Assembly: GCA_035765675.1 (NCBI GenBank)
Contig: DASTXC010000123.1
Location: 11,180-75,179 of the forward strand
Source of the DNA: Verrucomicrobiia bacterium
GTDB lineage: Bacteria > Verrucomicrobiota > Verrucomicrobiia > Limisphaerales > DASXHY01
DNA length: 64,000 nucleotides
Reading direction: 5' to 3'
The notes under the pieces are model-generated. The model saw only the letters and a list, made by a program, of their open reading frames with translations. It was not told where the DNA came from and did not search any database. Positions 43,667 through 53,706 of this stretch are shown here, piece after piece (position 1 is the stretch's first letter; the number at the start of each line of letters is the position of its first letter). The position numbers and the translations under genes were made by a program.

Positions 43667-45688
43667 ATGCCGCGCATGAAAAACCGGTTGCTTCTTTCAA
43701 CCCTTGCCACCCTCACCCTGCTCTGCTGTTCGCCACGCATTTCAGCCGAGGAAATCCAACTCTCGACGATCGATCTTTTCCAGGTCGAACAGAGCTGGGG
43801 CGAGGCACGCGCCAACAAATCCGTCGAACGTCATCCCCTGCGGATCGCCGGGAAAACCTTCGAACACGGCATCGGCACGCACGCGGAGTCAACAATTCCT
43901 GTTGATCTCCAGGGAAAAGCGCGACGCCTGTCCGGCTCGGTCGGCGTCGATGATGAAACTGAAAACCGCGGCTCGGTTATTTTTCACGTTGAGGCGGATG
44001 GAAAAGAAATCTGGAGCAGCGGCGTGATGCGCGCCGGGGATTCGGCGAAGGAATTTTCACTTGATCTCACCGGGGTCAAAACACTCGTGCTGCACGTGAG
44101 CGACGCAAACGATGGCTTTGATTACGATCACGCGGATTGGGCGGATCTGAAGGTCGATATGATTGAAGGCAAACCGCGCTCGATAACAGCGCCGGTCGAG
44201 GCCGCCGTGATTCTCACGCCAAAACCTTCACCCAAGCCCCGCATCACCGGCGCAAAAGTTTTTGGCGTGCGGCCAGGGAATCCGTTTCTTTTTACCGTCA
44301 CTGCAACCGGTGATCGTCCGATGACTTTTTCCGCAAAGAAACTGCCGAAAGGTTTGCAGCTTGATGAAAATACCGGACGCATTACCGGCACCTTGAAAGA
44401 TCGCGGCGAATTCACCGTCACGCTGCGCGCGAAAAACAAACGCGGCACCGCAGAACGAAAATTCAAAATCATCTGCGGCGATCAGATCGGCCTCACGCCC
44501 GCGATGGGCTGGAACAGTTGGAATTGTTTCGCGAGCGCCGTTACCGAGGAAAAAGTCAAAGCCGCCGCAGACGCGATGGTGAAGAGCGGCTTGATCAATC
44601 ATGGTTGGACGTACATCAACATCGATGATTACTGGCAGGTGCATCGCGATTCGAAAGACCCGACACTGCAAGGACCGCATCGTGATTCGCAGGGCCGCAT
44701 TCTGCCGAATCCGCGTTTTCCCGATATGAACGGCCTGACGAAATACGTTCATGAAAAGGGATTGAAGATCGGGCTTTATTCCTCGCCCGGACCGTGGACA
44801 TGCGGCGGTTGCGTTGGGAGTTTCGATCACGAAATGCTTGATGCCCAACAATACGCCGAATGGGGATTTGATTATTTGAAATATGATTGGTGTTCCTACA
44901 GCCCGGACCTGGAAAAGCAGCGCGGGAATTCGGAAGCCGCGTCGATGGCGAAGAATTTCAGTGGTTCCTCTCCCAACGATCTCACCGCGCTCAAGCTGCC
45001 TTACGCGATGATGCAGAAAGCGCTGGCGCAACAGCCGCGCGATATCATTTACAGCCTTTGCCAATACGGCATGGGCGACGTCTGGAAATGGGGCGCGAAA
45101 GTCGGCGGCAATTCGTGGCGCACAACCGGCGACATCGTTGATACCTGGGGCAGCATGTCGAGAATCGGTTTCGGTCAAAACGGCGAAGAACCGTTCGCAG
45201 GCCCCGGACATTTCAACGATCCGGACATGCTCGTCGTAGGAAAAGTCGGCTGGGGCCCGAAGCTGCATCCGACGCGATTGACGCCAAACGAACAGTACAC
45301 GCACATCAGCCTGTGGTGCCTGCTGTCCGCGCCGTTGCTGATCGGCTGCGACATGACCCAGCTTGATGATTTCACGTTAGGACTTTTGACGAACGATGAA
45401 GTGCTGGATGTGAATCAGGATCCGCTCGGTCAACAGGCGAAACGCATTTCGAAAAATGGTTCGCTGGAAGTTTGGGCGAAGGATTTGGAAGACGGCTCGA
45501 AAGCAGTTGGCCTGTTCAATCGCGGTCCGAGCGAACAGACCGTTCAAGTGAGTTGGAGTGACCTGGAAATTCGCGGCAAACAAACCGTTCGCGATCTCTG
45601 GCGTCAGCAGAACTTGGGAAAATTCGCGGAACAATTCCAAACCAGCGTTCCACGCCACGGTGTGGTGTTGGTGAAGATCAGTCGATAA
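43667..45688 (+). CDS. Secreted alpha-galactosidase (NPCBM + Ig-like + GH27 catalytic domain)
   Basis: Signal peptide MPRMKNRLLLSTLATLTLLCCSPRISA. NPCBM-like segment (GKTFEHGIGTHAES...DYDHADWADLK). GH27 motifs TPAMGWNSWNCF, YINIDDYW, LKYDWC, NDPDML. Confidence 0.85.
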   Translation: MPRMKNRLLLSTLATLTLLCCSPRISAEEIQLSTIDLFQVEQSWGEARANKSVERHPLRIAGKTFEHGIGTHAESTIPVDLQGKARRLSGSVGVDDETENRGSVIFHVEADGKEIWSSGVMRAGDSAKEFSLDLTGVKTLVLHVSDANDGFDYDHADWADLKVDMIEGKPRSITAPVEAAVILTPKPSPKPRITGAKVFGVRPGNPFLFTVTATGDRPMTFSAKKLPKGLQLDENTGRITGTLKDRGEFTVTLRAKNKRGTAERKFKIICGDQIGLTPAMGWNSWNCFASAVTEEKVKAAADAMVKSGLINHGWTYINIDDYWQVHRDSKDPTLQGPHRDSQGRILPNPRFPDMNGLTKYVHEKGLKIGLYSSPGPWTCGGCVGSFDHEMLDAQQYAEWGFDYLKYDWCSYSPDLEKQRGNSEAASMAKNFSGSSPNDLTALKLPYAMMQKALAQQPRDIIYSLCQYGMGDVWKWGAKVGGNSWRTTGDIVDTWGSMSRIGFGQNGEEPFAGPGHFNDPDMLVVGKVGWGPKLHPTRLTPNEQYTHISLWCLLSAPLLIGCDMTQLDDFTLGLLTNDEVLDVNQDPLGQQAKRISKNGSLEVWAKDLEDGSKAVGLFNRGPSEQTVQVSWSDLEIRGKQTVRDLWRQQNLGKFAEQFQTSVPRHGVVLVKISR

Positions 45689-45696
45689 GGACGCTC

Positions 45697-45724
45697 GAAG
45701 CGCGGGCAAGCGGGCCCGCGCTTC
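45697..45724. terminator. GC-rich hairpin between convergent genes (no U-tract)
   Basis: GAAGCGCGGGC (45697-45707), loop AAGCGG, GCCCGCGCTTC (45714-45724). Confidence 0.45.
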
Positions 45725-45797
45725 AGCTTCGGAAATTGCCAAAAGATCAGGAAACAGCAGGAAGGTCGTTCCGAATCCGCGAAGAGTTCAGCGATCG

Positions 45798-48122
45798 CTA
45801 ATTCGTCTTCGATGGCGAGTCTGACGCAGTTTTATCCGCGAGCAAACCAATGATCAGCTCCGCGCCGTCGCGCATGTCGTAAGGTTTGCAAAGCACGCTG
45901 ACCTTTAACACTTCAAGCCGCGCGCGCGCTTCTTCATCCAGATAGCCGGACGCCAGCACGAGTTTCATTTCCGGCCATTTCACCGCCACGCGTTCGATCA
46001 GTTCGATGCCGTTCATGCCCGGCATGTTGTAATCGGTGAACAGCAAATCAACCGGCTCGGCGGTTTCTTCCAGCACTTTCAAAGCTTCCATCGCGCTGCT
46101 CGCGACCAGCACAGTAAAGCCCGCCGCTTCCAAAAAACTGCGGGTGAAATCGCGCAACAGATCAAGATCGTCCACGACCAGCACACGGCCGCTGCCCTGG
46201 GCGAGCTGTTGATTTTCTTCGGTCGGCAAATCGGTCAATGCTTCACGCACGATTGGAAAATGCAGATGAAACGTGGTGCCGTGGCCGGGTACGCTGTCCA
46301 CTTCCACAAACCCGCCCGCCTCTTTCAAAACGCGTTGCACAATCGGCAGACCCAGGCCGGTGCCCTTTCCTTTTTCCTTCGTGGTAAAAAAGGGTTCGAA
46401 CACGCGCGCGATCAATTCCTGTGGAATGCCGCAGCCGGTGTCGCTGATATTGCAGCAGACAAATTCCACTGTCGGATCGATGCCGTGTTTCGCCAACTGT
46501 TCCGGCGACAGTTTGACCAGCGTGTTGGTGATCGTCAGGCGTCCGCCATTGGGCATCGCATCCTGCGCGTTCACGCACAAGTTGAGCAATGCCTGATTCG
46601 CGCGGGTCGGGTCCACTTTGACGCGAATCGGTTCCGAAGTTGGAACCAGGTCCAGCGTCACGTTCCCGCGCAACGTGCGGCGCGCCAATTGGCCGGCTTC
46701 CTGAATGACTTCGTTCAGATCGAGCACCGAATGTTTTTCTTCCGATGCGCGGCTGAACGTGAGCAGTTGCTGAGTGATTTCCGCAGCCCGCGCGGCGGCC
46801 ACGCTGATCTGTGCAGCGCAATGATGCAGCGCGGGATTCTCGTGCGATTGCAGAAGCACGAGACTGACATTGCCGCGAATCGCCTGGAGCAAATTATTGA
46901 AATCATGCGCGACACCGGCGGCAAGCGTGCCGATGATTTCCATTTTCTGCGATTGAAACAACTGGCTCTGAAGCTGGTGATATTGCGTCTGGTCGGAAAT
47001 GCTGCAGATCAGGCCGCGCACATCCTGGCCGTGAACCCACGGTGAAACTTTGACCAGCCATCGCCGTTCGTCAGGCGAGGCGTATTGACTTTCCTGCGCG
47101 TCGCCAGTGGCAAGCACTTCCTGAAACACGCGTTCCAGTTCCGCGCGGCGTTGTGGATTCGGAACGTAGTCCAGCAGCAAGCGTCCCGGTTCCGGCGCGC
47201 CGTCAAGTTGAATGCCGCCATGTTCTGCTGGCATGCGCCGCCAGCCGTCGTTCGCGTGCGTCAGTCGAAACTGGCGATTCAACGTGTAAATCGCCGAATC
47301 CAAAGAAGTGAGAATACTGTGCGTCAGGTCGGATTCCAGCCGCAGATCATTTTCCAGACGCAAACGTTCCGTGATATCGCGTTCGCAGGCAACGTAACCC
47401 ATCAACGCGCCGGCCATGTCGAAGATCGGCGAAATCGTGGCTTCGACCTGATACAGCGTTCCGTCGCGGCGCGCATTGGTCAGTTCCCCGATCCACTCGC
47501 GGCCATTGCGAACCGCTTCGAGATAACTTTGAATTTTTTCCCGCTGTTCGGGAACGCGCAGAAACGCATCCGGCCGCCCGAGCACTTCTTCAATGGAATA
47601 GCCGGTGTCCTCTTGAAACGCCGGGTTGACGAAGCTGATGCGAAAATCGGCGTCGGTGATGAAGAAAACTTCCGGCGTGGAATCAATCGCCGTGACCAAT
47701 CGCCGAACGTGCGATTCCAAACGCAGACGACGGCTCGCGTCTTTGAACACAACCAGAAACCGTCGTTCTTCCAGCGGCGTGATTTCCAGATCGATCGGGC
47801 CGAAGGTTTCGCCGGAAAGAATCAGCGAAACAGAATAAAGCACTTCGGGCTGCGGTTTGCGGCGGCGGAGAATGGTGATGGTTTTTTCGTTTGCCGGCGC
47901 CTGCAACAGATCGAGCAGCGTGGGTTTGAAAAGATCGTCGGCGGAATTGAGTTTGAGCAGCCGGATCGCGCGCGGATTGATGTGTTCCAGGAAACCATCC
48001 GTACGGCAGATCACCTGCGCATCCTGCGACGCTTCGAAAAGCTTCTGCCACAGTTGCGCAACTTGATTCGGCCCGAGGGCGGTTTCCTCTGCCGATCCCG
48101 GTGTAGAAATGGACGCATCCAT
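45798..48122 (-). CDS. Hybrid sensor kinase: PAS domains + HisKA + HATPase_c + C-terminal REC
   Basis: PAS-like blocks (VFFITDADFRISFVNPAF...). H-box AAGVAHDFNNLL. G-boxes SDTGCGI and GKGTGLGLPIV. Receiver RVLVVDDLDLL...LFTDYNMPGMNG. Confidence 0.9.
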   Translation of the reverse strand: MDASISTPGSAEETALGPNQVAQLWQKLFEASQDAQVICRTDGFLEHINPRAIRLLKLNSADDLFKPTLLDLLQAPANEKTITILRRRKPQPEVLYSVSLILSGETFGPIDLEITPLEERRFLVVFKDASRRLRLESHVRRLVTAIDSTPEVFFITDADFRISFVNPAFQEDTGYSIEEVLGRPDAFLRVPEQREKIQSYLEAVRNGREWIGELTNARRDGTLYQVEATISPIFDMAGALMGYVACERDITERLRLENDLRLESDLTHSILTSLDSAIYTLNRQFRLTHANDGWRRMPAEHGGIQLDGAPEPGRLLLDYVPNPQRRAELERVFQEVLATGDAQESQYASPDERRWLVKVSPWVHGQDVRGLICSISDQTQYHQLQSQLFQSQKMEIIGTLAAGVAHDFNNLLQAIRGNVSLVLLQSHENPALHHCAAQISVAAARAAEITQQLLTFSRASEEKHSVLDLNEVIQEAGQLARRTLRGNVTLDLVPTSEPIRVKVDPTRANQALLNLCVNAQDAMPNGGRLTITNTLVKLSPEQLAKHGIDPTVEFVCCNISDTGCGIPQELIARVFEPFFTTKEKGKGTGLGLPIVQRVLKEAGGFVEVDSVPGHGTTFHLHFPIVREALTDLPTEENQQLAQGSGRVLVVDDLDLLRDFTRSFLEAAGFTVLVASSAMEALKVLEETAEPVDLLFTDYNMPGMNGIELIERVAVKWPEMKLVLASGYLDEEARARLEVLKVSVLCKPYDMRDGAELIIGLLADKTASDSPSKTN

Positions 48123-48127
48123 GGATC

Positions 48128-49414
48128 TTAGCAGTAAACGACCAATGATTGTGTTATCGGCTGGACCCGATTGTGGTTTAGAAGTTTTTCGATATAAGTG
48201 GCATTCAACTGCTGGCCTTCCGGCACGAGCAGCAGACCGTTTGCGGTGTAAATGCCGCGCGCCAGCACCATTCCCGGGCGCAGTTCGGAAAGCATGATTT
48301 CCTTTTCCTTGCGCGGCAGCGGCGCGAGCGGAATGGCTTTCAACAAAGCGCGGACAGCTTCCGGATCAAATGAAGTTCCGGCGCGCAACTTGATTTCCTC
48401 CACGGCATCGCCACGGCCGAGATTGCTCGATTCAAACGCAATCGCGACTGCGAGCAATCGCGCCAGCCACGGAATATTTTCACCGGCGAGTTCATCGGGA
48501 TAACCGGTGCCGTCGAACTGTTCGTGATGCGCGCGAATCACTTTGCCAATCTGATCCGAACCATTGCCGAACGCAGTCAGCTCCTGGCCGAGAATCGGAT
48601 GCTGCTGAATCAGCGCGCGCTCCGCGGGATCGAGTGCATTGGGATTATCCTGCCAGCGCCGGATCAGTTGCCGCGGCACGCCGACCATGCCGATATCGTG
48701 CAACAACGCCGCGCCATCCAGAATGCGACGTTCTTCGGGCGTGAGATTTGCCGCCTGCGCCATCGAGCGGCAAAGCTGCGCGACCCGGCGCGCCTGGTTG
48801 CCGAGCGTTGGATAAAACGTCTGCATCATGTGCAAACTGAGCTCCATCGAGCGCAGAAGATTTTCCTCGAGCGCGCGGTTCATTTCGGTCAACTGCTGGT
48901 TTTGTTGCGCGACGAGCTTGACCTGTTGTTCGAGGGAACGATTCAACTCCACGAGTTGTTCGTTCATGCTTTGCGTCGCGGCATTGAGCCGAACATTCTG
49001 CCGCGTCAGATCATAACGCTGCACGGCGTTCTTGATCGTCACGAGCAGTTCTTCGCGGAGCCAGGGTTTGACAATGAACCGGAAAATTTCGCCTTTGTTG
49101 ATCGCTTCAATCACGGTGTCGAGACTGAGAACGGCGGTAATCAGAATGCGCGAGGCAAGCGGTTGAATCTGCCGCGCCTGGGCCAGCAGTTCGAGTCCCA
49201 TCATTGTGGGCATGCGCTGATCGGAAATGATGACCGCGAATTCTTTTTTCTTCAGTTCCGCCAATGCGGTTTCCGGATCGGAAGTGGTGACGACTTCGTA
49301 GTTTTCGCGGCGCAAGGTTTCGTAAAGCGCCACGAGAATGATTTCCTCGTCATCGATGATGAGAATCCTCGGCATTTCAGCCGCAGCTTCGGGCGTTTGA
49401 ACGGGTTCATTCAT
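48128..49414 (-). CDS. Response regulator, REC + coiled coil + canonical HD-GYP phosphodiesterase domain
   Basis: RILIIDDEEIILVAL...IISDQRMPTMMG (REC). AALLHDIGMVGVP and HHEQFDGTGYPDEL (HD and GYP motifs both intact). Confidence 0.9.
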   Translation of the reverse strand: MNEPVQTPEAAAEMPRILIIDDEEIILVALYETLRRENYEVVTTSDPETALAELKKKEFAVIISDQRMPTMMGLELLAQARQIQPLASRILITAVLSLDTVIEAINKGEIFRFIVKPWLREELLVTIKNAVQRYDLTRQNVRLNAATQSMNEQLVELNRSLEQQVKLVAQQNQQLTEMNRALEENLLRSMELSLHMMQTFYPTLGNQARRVAQLCRSMAQAANLTPEERRILDGAALLHDIGMVGVPRQLIRRWQDNPNALDPAERALIQQHPILGQELTAFGNGSDQIGKVIRAHHEQFDGTGYPDELAGENIPWLARLLAVAIAFESSNLGRGDAVEEIKLRAGTSFDPEAVRALLKAIPLAPLPRKEKEIMLSELRPGMVLARGIYTANGLLLVPEGQQLNATYIEKLLNHNRVQPITQSLVVYC

Positions 49415-49426
49415 GAGAAAGATTTT

Positions 49427-51412
49427 TCAACTGCGCGCCAGCGCCGAGCGGATTCGAGAAATGATTTCTGGCGTGGGCAGATCGTGCGGCAGAATCGCAT
49501 CCACGCGTTCCAACAGGCTGGTTTCGAATTCGTCCTGATTGCAGCCGACCACGGCGAGAAAGATTTTCAATGGCAGGTTTTCCGCGCGGATGCGTTCCAG
49601 CAGCGCCGATTCCTCCGGCCGCATTCGGGAGCAGAGCAGCAGGATGCCGCTGAAATTGTAATCGGGAGAATGCAGCGCTTCGATAGCGTCGTGTTCGAGC
49701 GTCGCGGGCACGGCGTAAAAACCATTCGATCGCAGCAATTCTTTGATTCGCCGCCGCGCTTCTCCGGCTTCGCCCACCACGAGCAACGTGTGCCGCGTCG
49801 CCGGCGCGGTTTCCTGGATTTGTTGCGCTTCGGAAAAATCCGCCTGCGCAAACCATAAATTGAAAGTCGTGCCGGATTGTTCCTTGGTCTCGACGCCAAT
49901 CGCGATGCCATGATTTTCGGCAAAGAGCCGCGCGTTATACAATCCCAGCCCCGAACCTTTCCCCAGTGGTTTAGTTGTGAAAAACGGATCGAAAATGGAT
50001 CGCAGAAACGAAGCCGGAATACCGACGCCAGTGTCCTGAACCGAAAGACAGATCAGCGGCGCGCGCGGATAATTTCCCAATGCCGGTGGAACTTCAGGCG
50101 GTTGTTCGTGCCGCGATGTGCGAAACATCAGCGAACCGCCATTCGGCATCGCATCGGCGGCATTCAATGCGAGGTTCACAATCACCTGCCGCAGTTCAAC
50201 CCCATCCGCGTAGATCGGCAATTGTCCCTTTTCCAGCGATGTCTGCAAACGAACGCGTCGGCTGAGAACCTTTTGCAAAACTTCTGCAAGTTCGGCCGAA
50301 ATCTGATTGAGATCGTGATAATTTTTTTCGCCGGGCGTACCTTGATGCAACTGGCGGATGCGATGCGCGAGATCACTCGCCTGCCCTGCCGTGCTGCGAA
50401 TCAGGCTCAGTCCGCTGCGCAACGATTCGTTCGCGCCGAATTCATTTTCAAAGGTTTCACTCAACGCGACGATGCCCGCCATGATGTTGCAGAAGTCGTG
50501 CGCCAATCCCATCGTGAGCGTGCCGAGATTTTCCTTCCACGACATGTTCAGCAACCGGCGTTCGGCAATTGTCTGCCGCGTGATGTCGAGCCAGATGCCT
50601 TCAAAGCCGAGCAGCAAACCGTTTTGACTGCGCACCGGCTGGCGATGTTCCCAGAGATAAGTGACTCGACCGGTTTTGATGTGCCGAATGCGAAACGTGC
50701 TGGTGATTCCGGTCTCGGGTGGATTCGCCTGTTTCAAGCGATCCATCAATGCGTCCGCATCCGCTTCGTGAACGATCTGCCAGAAGTATTTTGTAGAACG
50801 CCGCCATTCCGCCGCTGGAATTCCAGTGAGTTCTTCAATTTTGGGACTGACAAACGCGAAGCTGAAATCCGGACGCTGGCTGAAAATAATTCCCGGCCAG
50901 CGGTGCATCAGGTTGTCGAGCTGCGCTTCGGCGCGGATCAAGCGATGAAAAATCGCATGGCTGGCGGCGCGACCCCAGAGTTCTTCGGGAAAAGCTTCCT
51001 CGAGATCGCGAACGGGAGGCAGCACGGATTCCATGCGCAGGAATTTCGTTCCGTTGTGACACGATAATTCCAGGCTCATTTTCTGCGAACCGGTTTCAGT
51101 GCGCGCAGCGAGTTCGAGCCGGTCAAAAAGCTCAGTGCATTTCAGAAATTCCTGAAGCGGTTTTACCCATTGTGCGAAGCGGGTGCCAATCAGCGTCGGA
51201 AGAAACTGGCCTTTCAATTCGTCGCCGGTTGCGCCCAGCCAAAGTGCCAGCGAATCGTTGAGCGCGATGATTTTTGAATTGGAATCAAGAACTGCGGAAC
51301 CGGCATTGAGCCATTGAGCGCCGGAAGGTGAGGCGGGCGACTCGATTGCGCGATCGGCATCGGCGTCGGTCACAACGGCTCTGGATTTTTCAGTGTCTTG
51401 GGAGACGCTCAT
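49427..51412 (-). CDS. Sensor histidine kinase (PAS + HisKA + HATPase_c + degenerate receiver-like tail)
   Basis: The start was set at MSVSQDTEK (51412), because codons upstream (to 51682) run through a family-C repeat. H-box GLAHDFCNIM, N-box NLALNAADA, G-boxes QDTGVGI and GKGSGLGLYNA. Confidence 0.85.
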   Translation of the reverse strand: MSVSQDTEKSRAVVTDADADRAIESPASPSGAQWLNAGSAVLDSNSKIIALNDSLALWLGATGDELKGQFLPTLIGTRFAQWVKPLQEFLKCTELFDRLELAARTETGSQKMSLELSCHNGTKFLRMESVLPPVRDLEEAFPEELWGRAASHAIFHRLIRAEAQLDNLMHRWPGIIFSQRPDFSFAFVSPKIEELTGIPAAEWRRSTKYFWQIVHEADADALMDRLKQANPPETGITSTFRIRHIKTGRVTYLWEHRQPVRSQNGLLLGFEGIWLDITRQTIAERRLLNMSWKENLGTLTMGLAHDFCNIMAGIVALSETFENEFGANESLRSGLSLIRSTAGQASDLAHRIRQLHQGTPGEKNYHDLNQISAELAEVLQKVLSRRVRLQTSLEKGQLPIYADGVELRQVIVNLALNAADAMPNGGSLMFRTSRHEQPPEVPPALGNYPRAPLICLSVQDTGVGIPASFLRSIFDPFFTTKPLGKGSGLGLYNARLFAENHGIAIGVETKEQSGTTFNLWFAQADFSEAQQIQETAPATRHTLLVVGEAGEARRRIKELLRSNGFYAVPATLEHDAIEALHSPDYNFSGILLLCSRMRPEESALLERIRAENLPLKIFLAVVGCNQDEFETSLLERVDAILPHDLPTPEIISRIRSALARS

Positions 51413-51627
51413 AGTTCTGCAACTTGGCCGATGCGCTGCTCCAATATAAGCAGTTTCATTACAGCGAGCTAATTCCACAAGCACCCCAGGCTGAATGGCC
51501 CGGCTGAAAACCTCGCCCGAGCGATTCTCAAACCCGGAGAAGTTGCGAATCCATATACTGTTAAAAATCCGCGCCAAGCAAGAGCAAACCCGAATTTGCG
51601 GGGGATTCCTGCGTATTAAAGAGTTTC

Positions 51628-51772
51628 GTAGCGCAGACTGGCAGTCTGCTGTATCGCGGATTGGCAATCCGCGGCGCGACATTTTCGACGCATGAAAATT
51701 TTCGAGCCGCGTTAGAAATTGCGCGCCGCCGACTGGCGGTCGGCGATACAGCAGGCTGCCAGCCTGCGCTAC
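51628..51772. repeat. Repeat family C inverted pair
   Basis: GTAGCGCAGACTGGCAGTCTGCTGTATCGCGGATTGGCAATCCGCG (51628-51673) and a reverse-oriented unit ...CCGACTGGCGGTCGGCGATACAGCAGGCTGCCAGCCTGCGCTAC (51729-51772). Confidence 0.9.
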
Positions 51773-51784
51773 TCCGAAATCAAT

Positions 51785-52186
51785 TCAGGAAAACGAACTC
51801 CACGCCGGGGCGCGGATGGGCGAATAGGAACGTTGCACCTGCCGAAGTTTCTGGCCGGATTGTTCCAACTCGGAAATCTGCGCCTGCGCAGTTTGGCGAA
51901 CGTCATTCAGCCAGGCAGCATTGCGGCGTTCAATTTCAATCAGCTCGCCAATGATCGCTCGCAAACGGTTTTCTTCCGATGACAGATCACGCCCCTGTTG
52001 CTGCCATTCCGCGCGTGCTTCCTGGGTCCAGCGGATGATCTGCGGCTGAAGATCACGAAGCGAATGCTGGCAACTTGCAACCCGCGTCCAATTGCTTTCG
52101 CGGATCGCTTTGCCTTCCGCGTCGGCGAGCTGCCGCCATTCCTGGTAAGCCTGGTGAAGTTGATCGCTGGCGTTCATGGATTTCAA
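51785..52186 (-). CDS. Helical 133-aa protein, candidate flagellar export chaperone (FlgN/FliT-like, by position)
   Basis: All-helical, Gln/Glu/Arg-rich. The start overlaps the fliS stop (ATGA, 52183-52186). It occupies the position of fliT in fliD-fliS-fliT operons. Confidence 0.4.
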   Translation of the reverse strand: MKSMNASDQLHQAYQEWRQLADAEGKAIRESNWTRVASCQHSLRDLQPQIIRWTQEARAEWQQQGRDLSSEENRLRAIIGELIEIERRNAAWLNDVRQTAQAQISELEQSGQKLRQVQRSYSPIRAPAWSSFS

Positions 52187-52623
52187 GCGGGGGCCAGGGC
52201 CATTTCCGCAAGCTGCGGCGAGGTCAGTTCCGTGTGATTGTTGCCACTGAGCATGGCGGCCCAGGCATCGCGCAGCACGGTGATGTGGCGGATGACTTCC
52301 TGCACGCCGTCCGGACGTTTCTGCATGTTGCTCTCCCAGATGCGGCGGTCGAAATATTCATACAGCCGGCGCAAAGTCGTCGCGAATTCGCCGCCCTGCT
52401 CCATGTTGAGCGAGAGGTTGAGTTCGCGAATGATATCCACGGCGCGTTGCAGATTGTTGTGCACCGCCATGTTCAATTGCGCGGGATCTTCCAGTTCAAA
52501 TCCAGCCAGTCCGCGTTCGAGAAAGCGAATGGCGCCTTCGTAAAGCATCAGGACGAGTTGTCCCGGCGGGGCGGTTTGAGTGGCGATCTGGCGGTAGGAC
52601 TTCCAGGGATTGGCTACATGCAT
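52183..52623 (-). CDS. fliS: Flagellar export chaperone FliS
   Basis: YRQIATQTAPPGQLVLMLYEGAIRFLERG...NNLQRAVDIIRELNLSLNMEQGGEFATTLRRLYEY is a typical FliS four-helix bundle sequence. Confidence 0.9.
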   Translation of the reverse strand: MHVANPWKSYRQIATQTAPPGQLVLMLYEGAIRFLERGLAGFELEDPAQLNMAVHNNLQRAVDIIRELNLSLNMEQGGEFATTLRRLYEYFDRRIWESNMQKRPDGVQEVIRHITVLRDAWAAMLSGNNHTELTSPQLAEMALAPA

Positions 52624-52653
52624 GGCAGGCGATTACGTGCGGCGGTTACGAAA

Positions 52654-52911
52654 TTACTTGAGTTCCAAAGCGAGCAAAGTGGCCAGGCTTTTTAAAACCT
52701 GTTCCGGCGGATACTGAACATTGGCGATGAGAGCGCGCGCTTCTTCCACTTTCTCGGGACGAATCTGCGGCAGCGCTTTCAATTGTGCTTCCAGAGCGTC
52801 GATTTTTTTGAACGCGGCATTCCCCTCGACCGGCGGCACAGGGTCCGGCCGAACCACGGGCTCGGCAGACTCCGGCTTGCGGATCGGCTTGGCGTTGAAG
52901 TCGATTTCCAT
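52654..52911 (-). CDS. flgM: Anti-sigma-28 factor FlgM-like protein (85 aa)
   Basis: The C-terminal IRPEKVEEARALIANVQYPPEQVLKSLATLL matches the FlgM pattern (R-x-EKV-x3-K/R-x-xI-x3-Y-x-v-x4-iA). The N-terminal part looks disordered. Confidence 0.5.
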   Translation of the reverse strand: MEIDFNAKPIRKPESAEPVVRPDPVPPVEGNAAFKKIDALEAQLKALPQIRPEKVEEARALIANVQYPPEQVLKSLATLLALELK

Positions 52912-52994
52912 ACTGACTGGCTCCCATCTGGCAGGCTGGGTTAATTGTTACCTGGAACATCGGCAGGCGGGGGAGAAAACTTAAGAAAAATTGT

Positions 52995-53669
52995 TCAGCG
53001 CGAGGGCAATGTTTCGAACAGGGTTGCGACCGTGTACTGGCCGAAATAACGAGGCGCATTTTCTACCAGCCACTGGCCGTCAGACCGGACGGATTGCAAC
53101 TGTTCCAACTGATAACGCCGCGCTCCGTTGCGGACGGTTTCCTCGCCGGCATCAAAAATTTCATCGGCGGACCAGAGAATCTGCCGCGAACGGGCATCGA
53201 CAAGTTTCATCCGCCAGCCCACGGCCAGCGGGGCGTAGGCGCGAAAGGCGGTCAATTGACAGAACATCACGGCATCGCAACCGGAAGCGTCCCGCAGTTT
53301 CTGGAAAAAATCATCTGGCAACGCTTCTTCGCCCGTCCATTCAAGCCGTCCGGTCGCGAGCCGCACCTGTTCGGGATTGATCCGTTCCACTTCAAATCGG
53401 CGCGTTTTGATCAATTCCGAATTCAGCACGGGTTCAAGGATCTCGCAGCCATCCCGCAACGCCGGAATGCGTTTGTCGGCCGCCAGAGGCAGCACCGCCA
53501 CGCGTTTTAAATCTGTTGGCAAAACCGGGCCGGCCAGAAAAATATTCTTCGGCTCAAAACCCGGCCCGATAAAAACCTGGCTGGGATGCATGAGACGGCA
53601 TCCCGAGAAAAGGACGCAAAGCAATGCGAGGCTGAGAAAGCCGGTCGAGCGAAGAATTGGATTACGCAT
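52995..53669 (-). CDS. Lipoprotein of unknown function inside the late flagellar operon
   Basis: Start MRNPILRSTGFLSLALLCVLFSGC, with lipobox LFSG-C. The VAVLPLAAD...DAVMFCQLTAF...LVDARSRQILW pattern is reminiscent of DUF799/LpoB-like lipoproteins. This is a weak, by-eye assignment. Confidence 0.6.
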   Translation of the reverse strand: MRNPILRSTGFLSLALLCVLFSGCRLMHPSQVFIGPGFEPKNIFLAGPVLPTDLKRVAVLPLAADKRIPALRDGCEILEPVLNSELIKTRRFEVERINPEQVRLATGRLEWTGEEALPDDFFQKLRDASGCDAVMFCQLTAFRAYAPLAVGWRMKLVDARSRQILWSADEIFDAGEETVRNGARRYQLEQLQSVRSDGQWLVENAPRYFGQYTVATLFETLPSR

Positions 53670-53706
53670 TGCGCAAAGTCGCATTCAATGAATGTTTTCC
53701 CAAGAT

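Noticed and set aside
51413-51682. N-terminal 90 codons of the ORF-track kinase ORF (MSRRGLPIRDTADCQSALR...)
   Set aside because: The peptide is the translation of a family-C repeat unit, and the same TADCQSAL string appears in other repeat read-throughs. The start was moved to the ATG at 51412.
52654-52911. FlaG annotation for the 85-aa protein between the lipoprotein gene and fliS
   Set aside because: The size and location would fit FlaG, but the C-terminal helix matches the FlgM sigma-28-binding pattern better. It is called FlgM-like with moderate confidence only.
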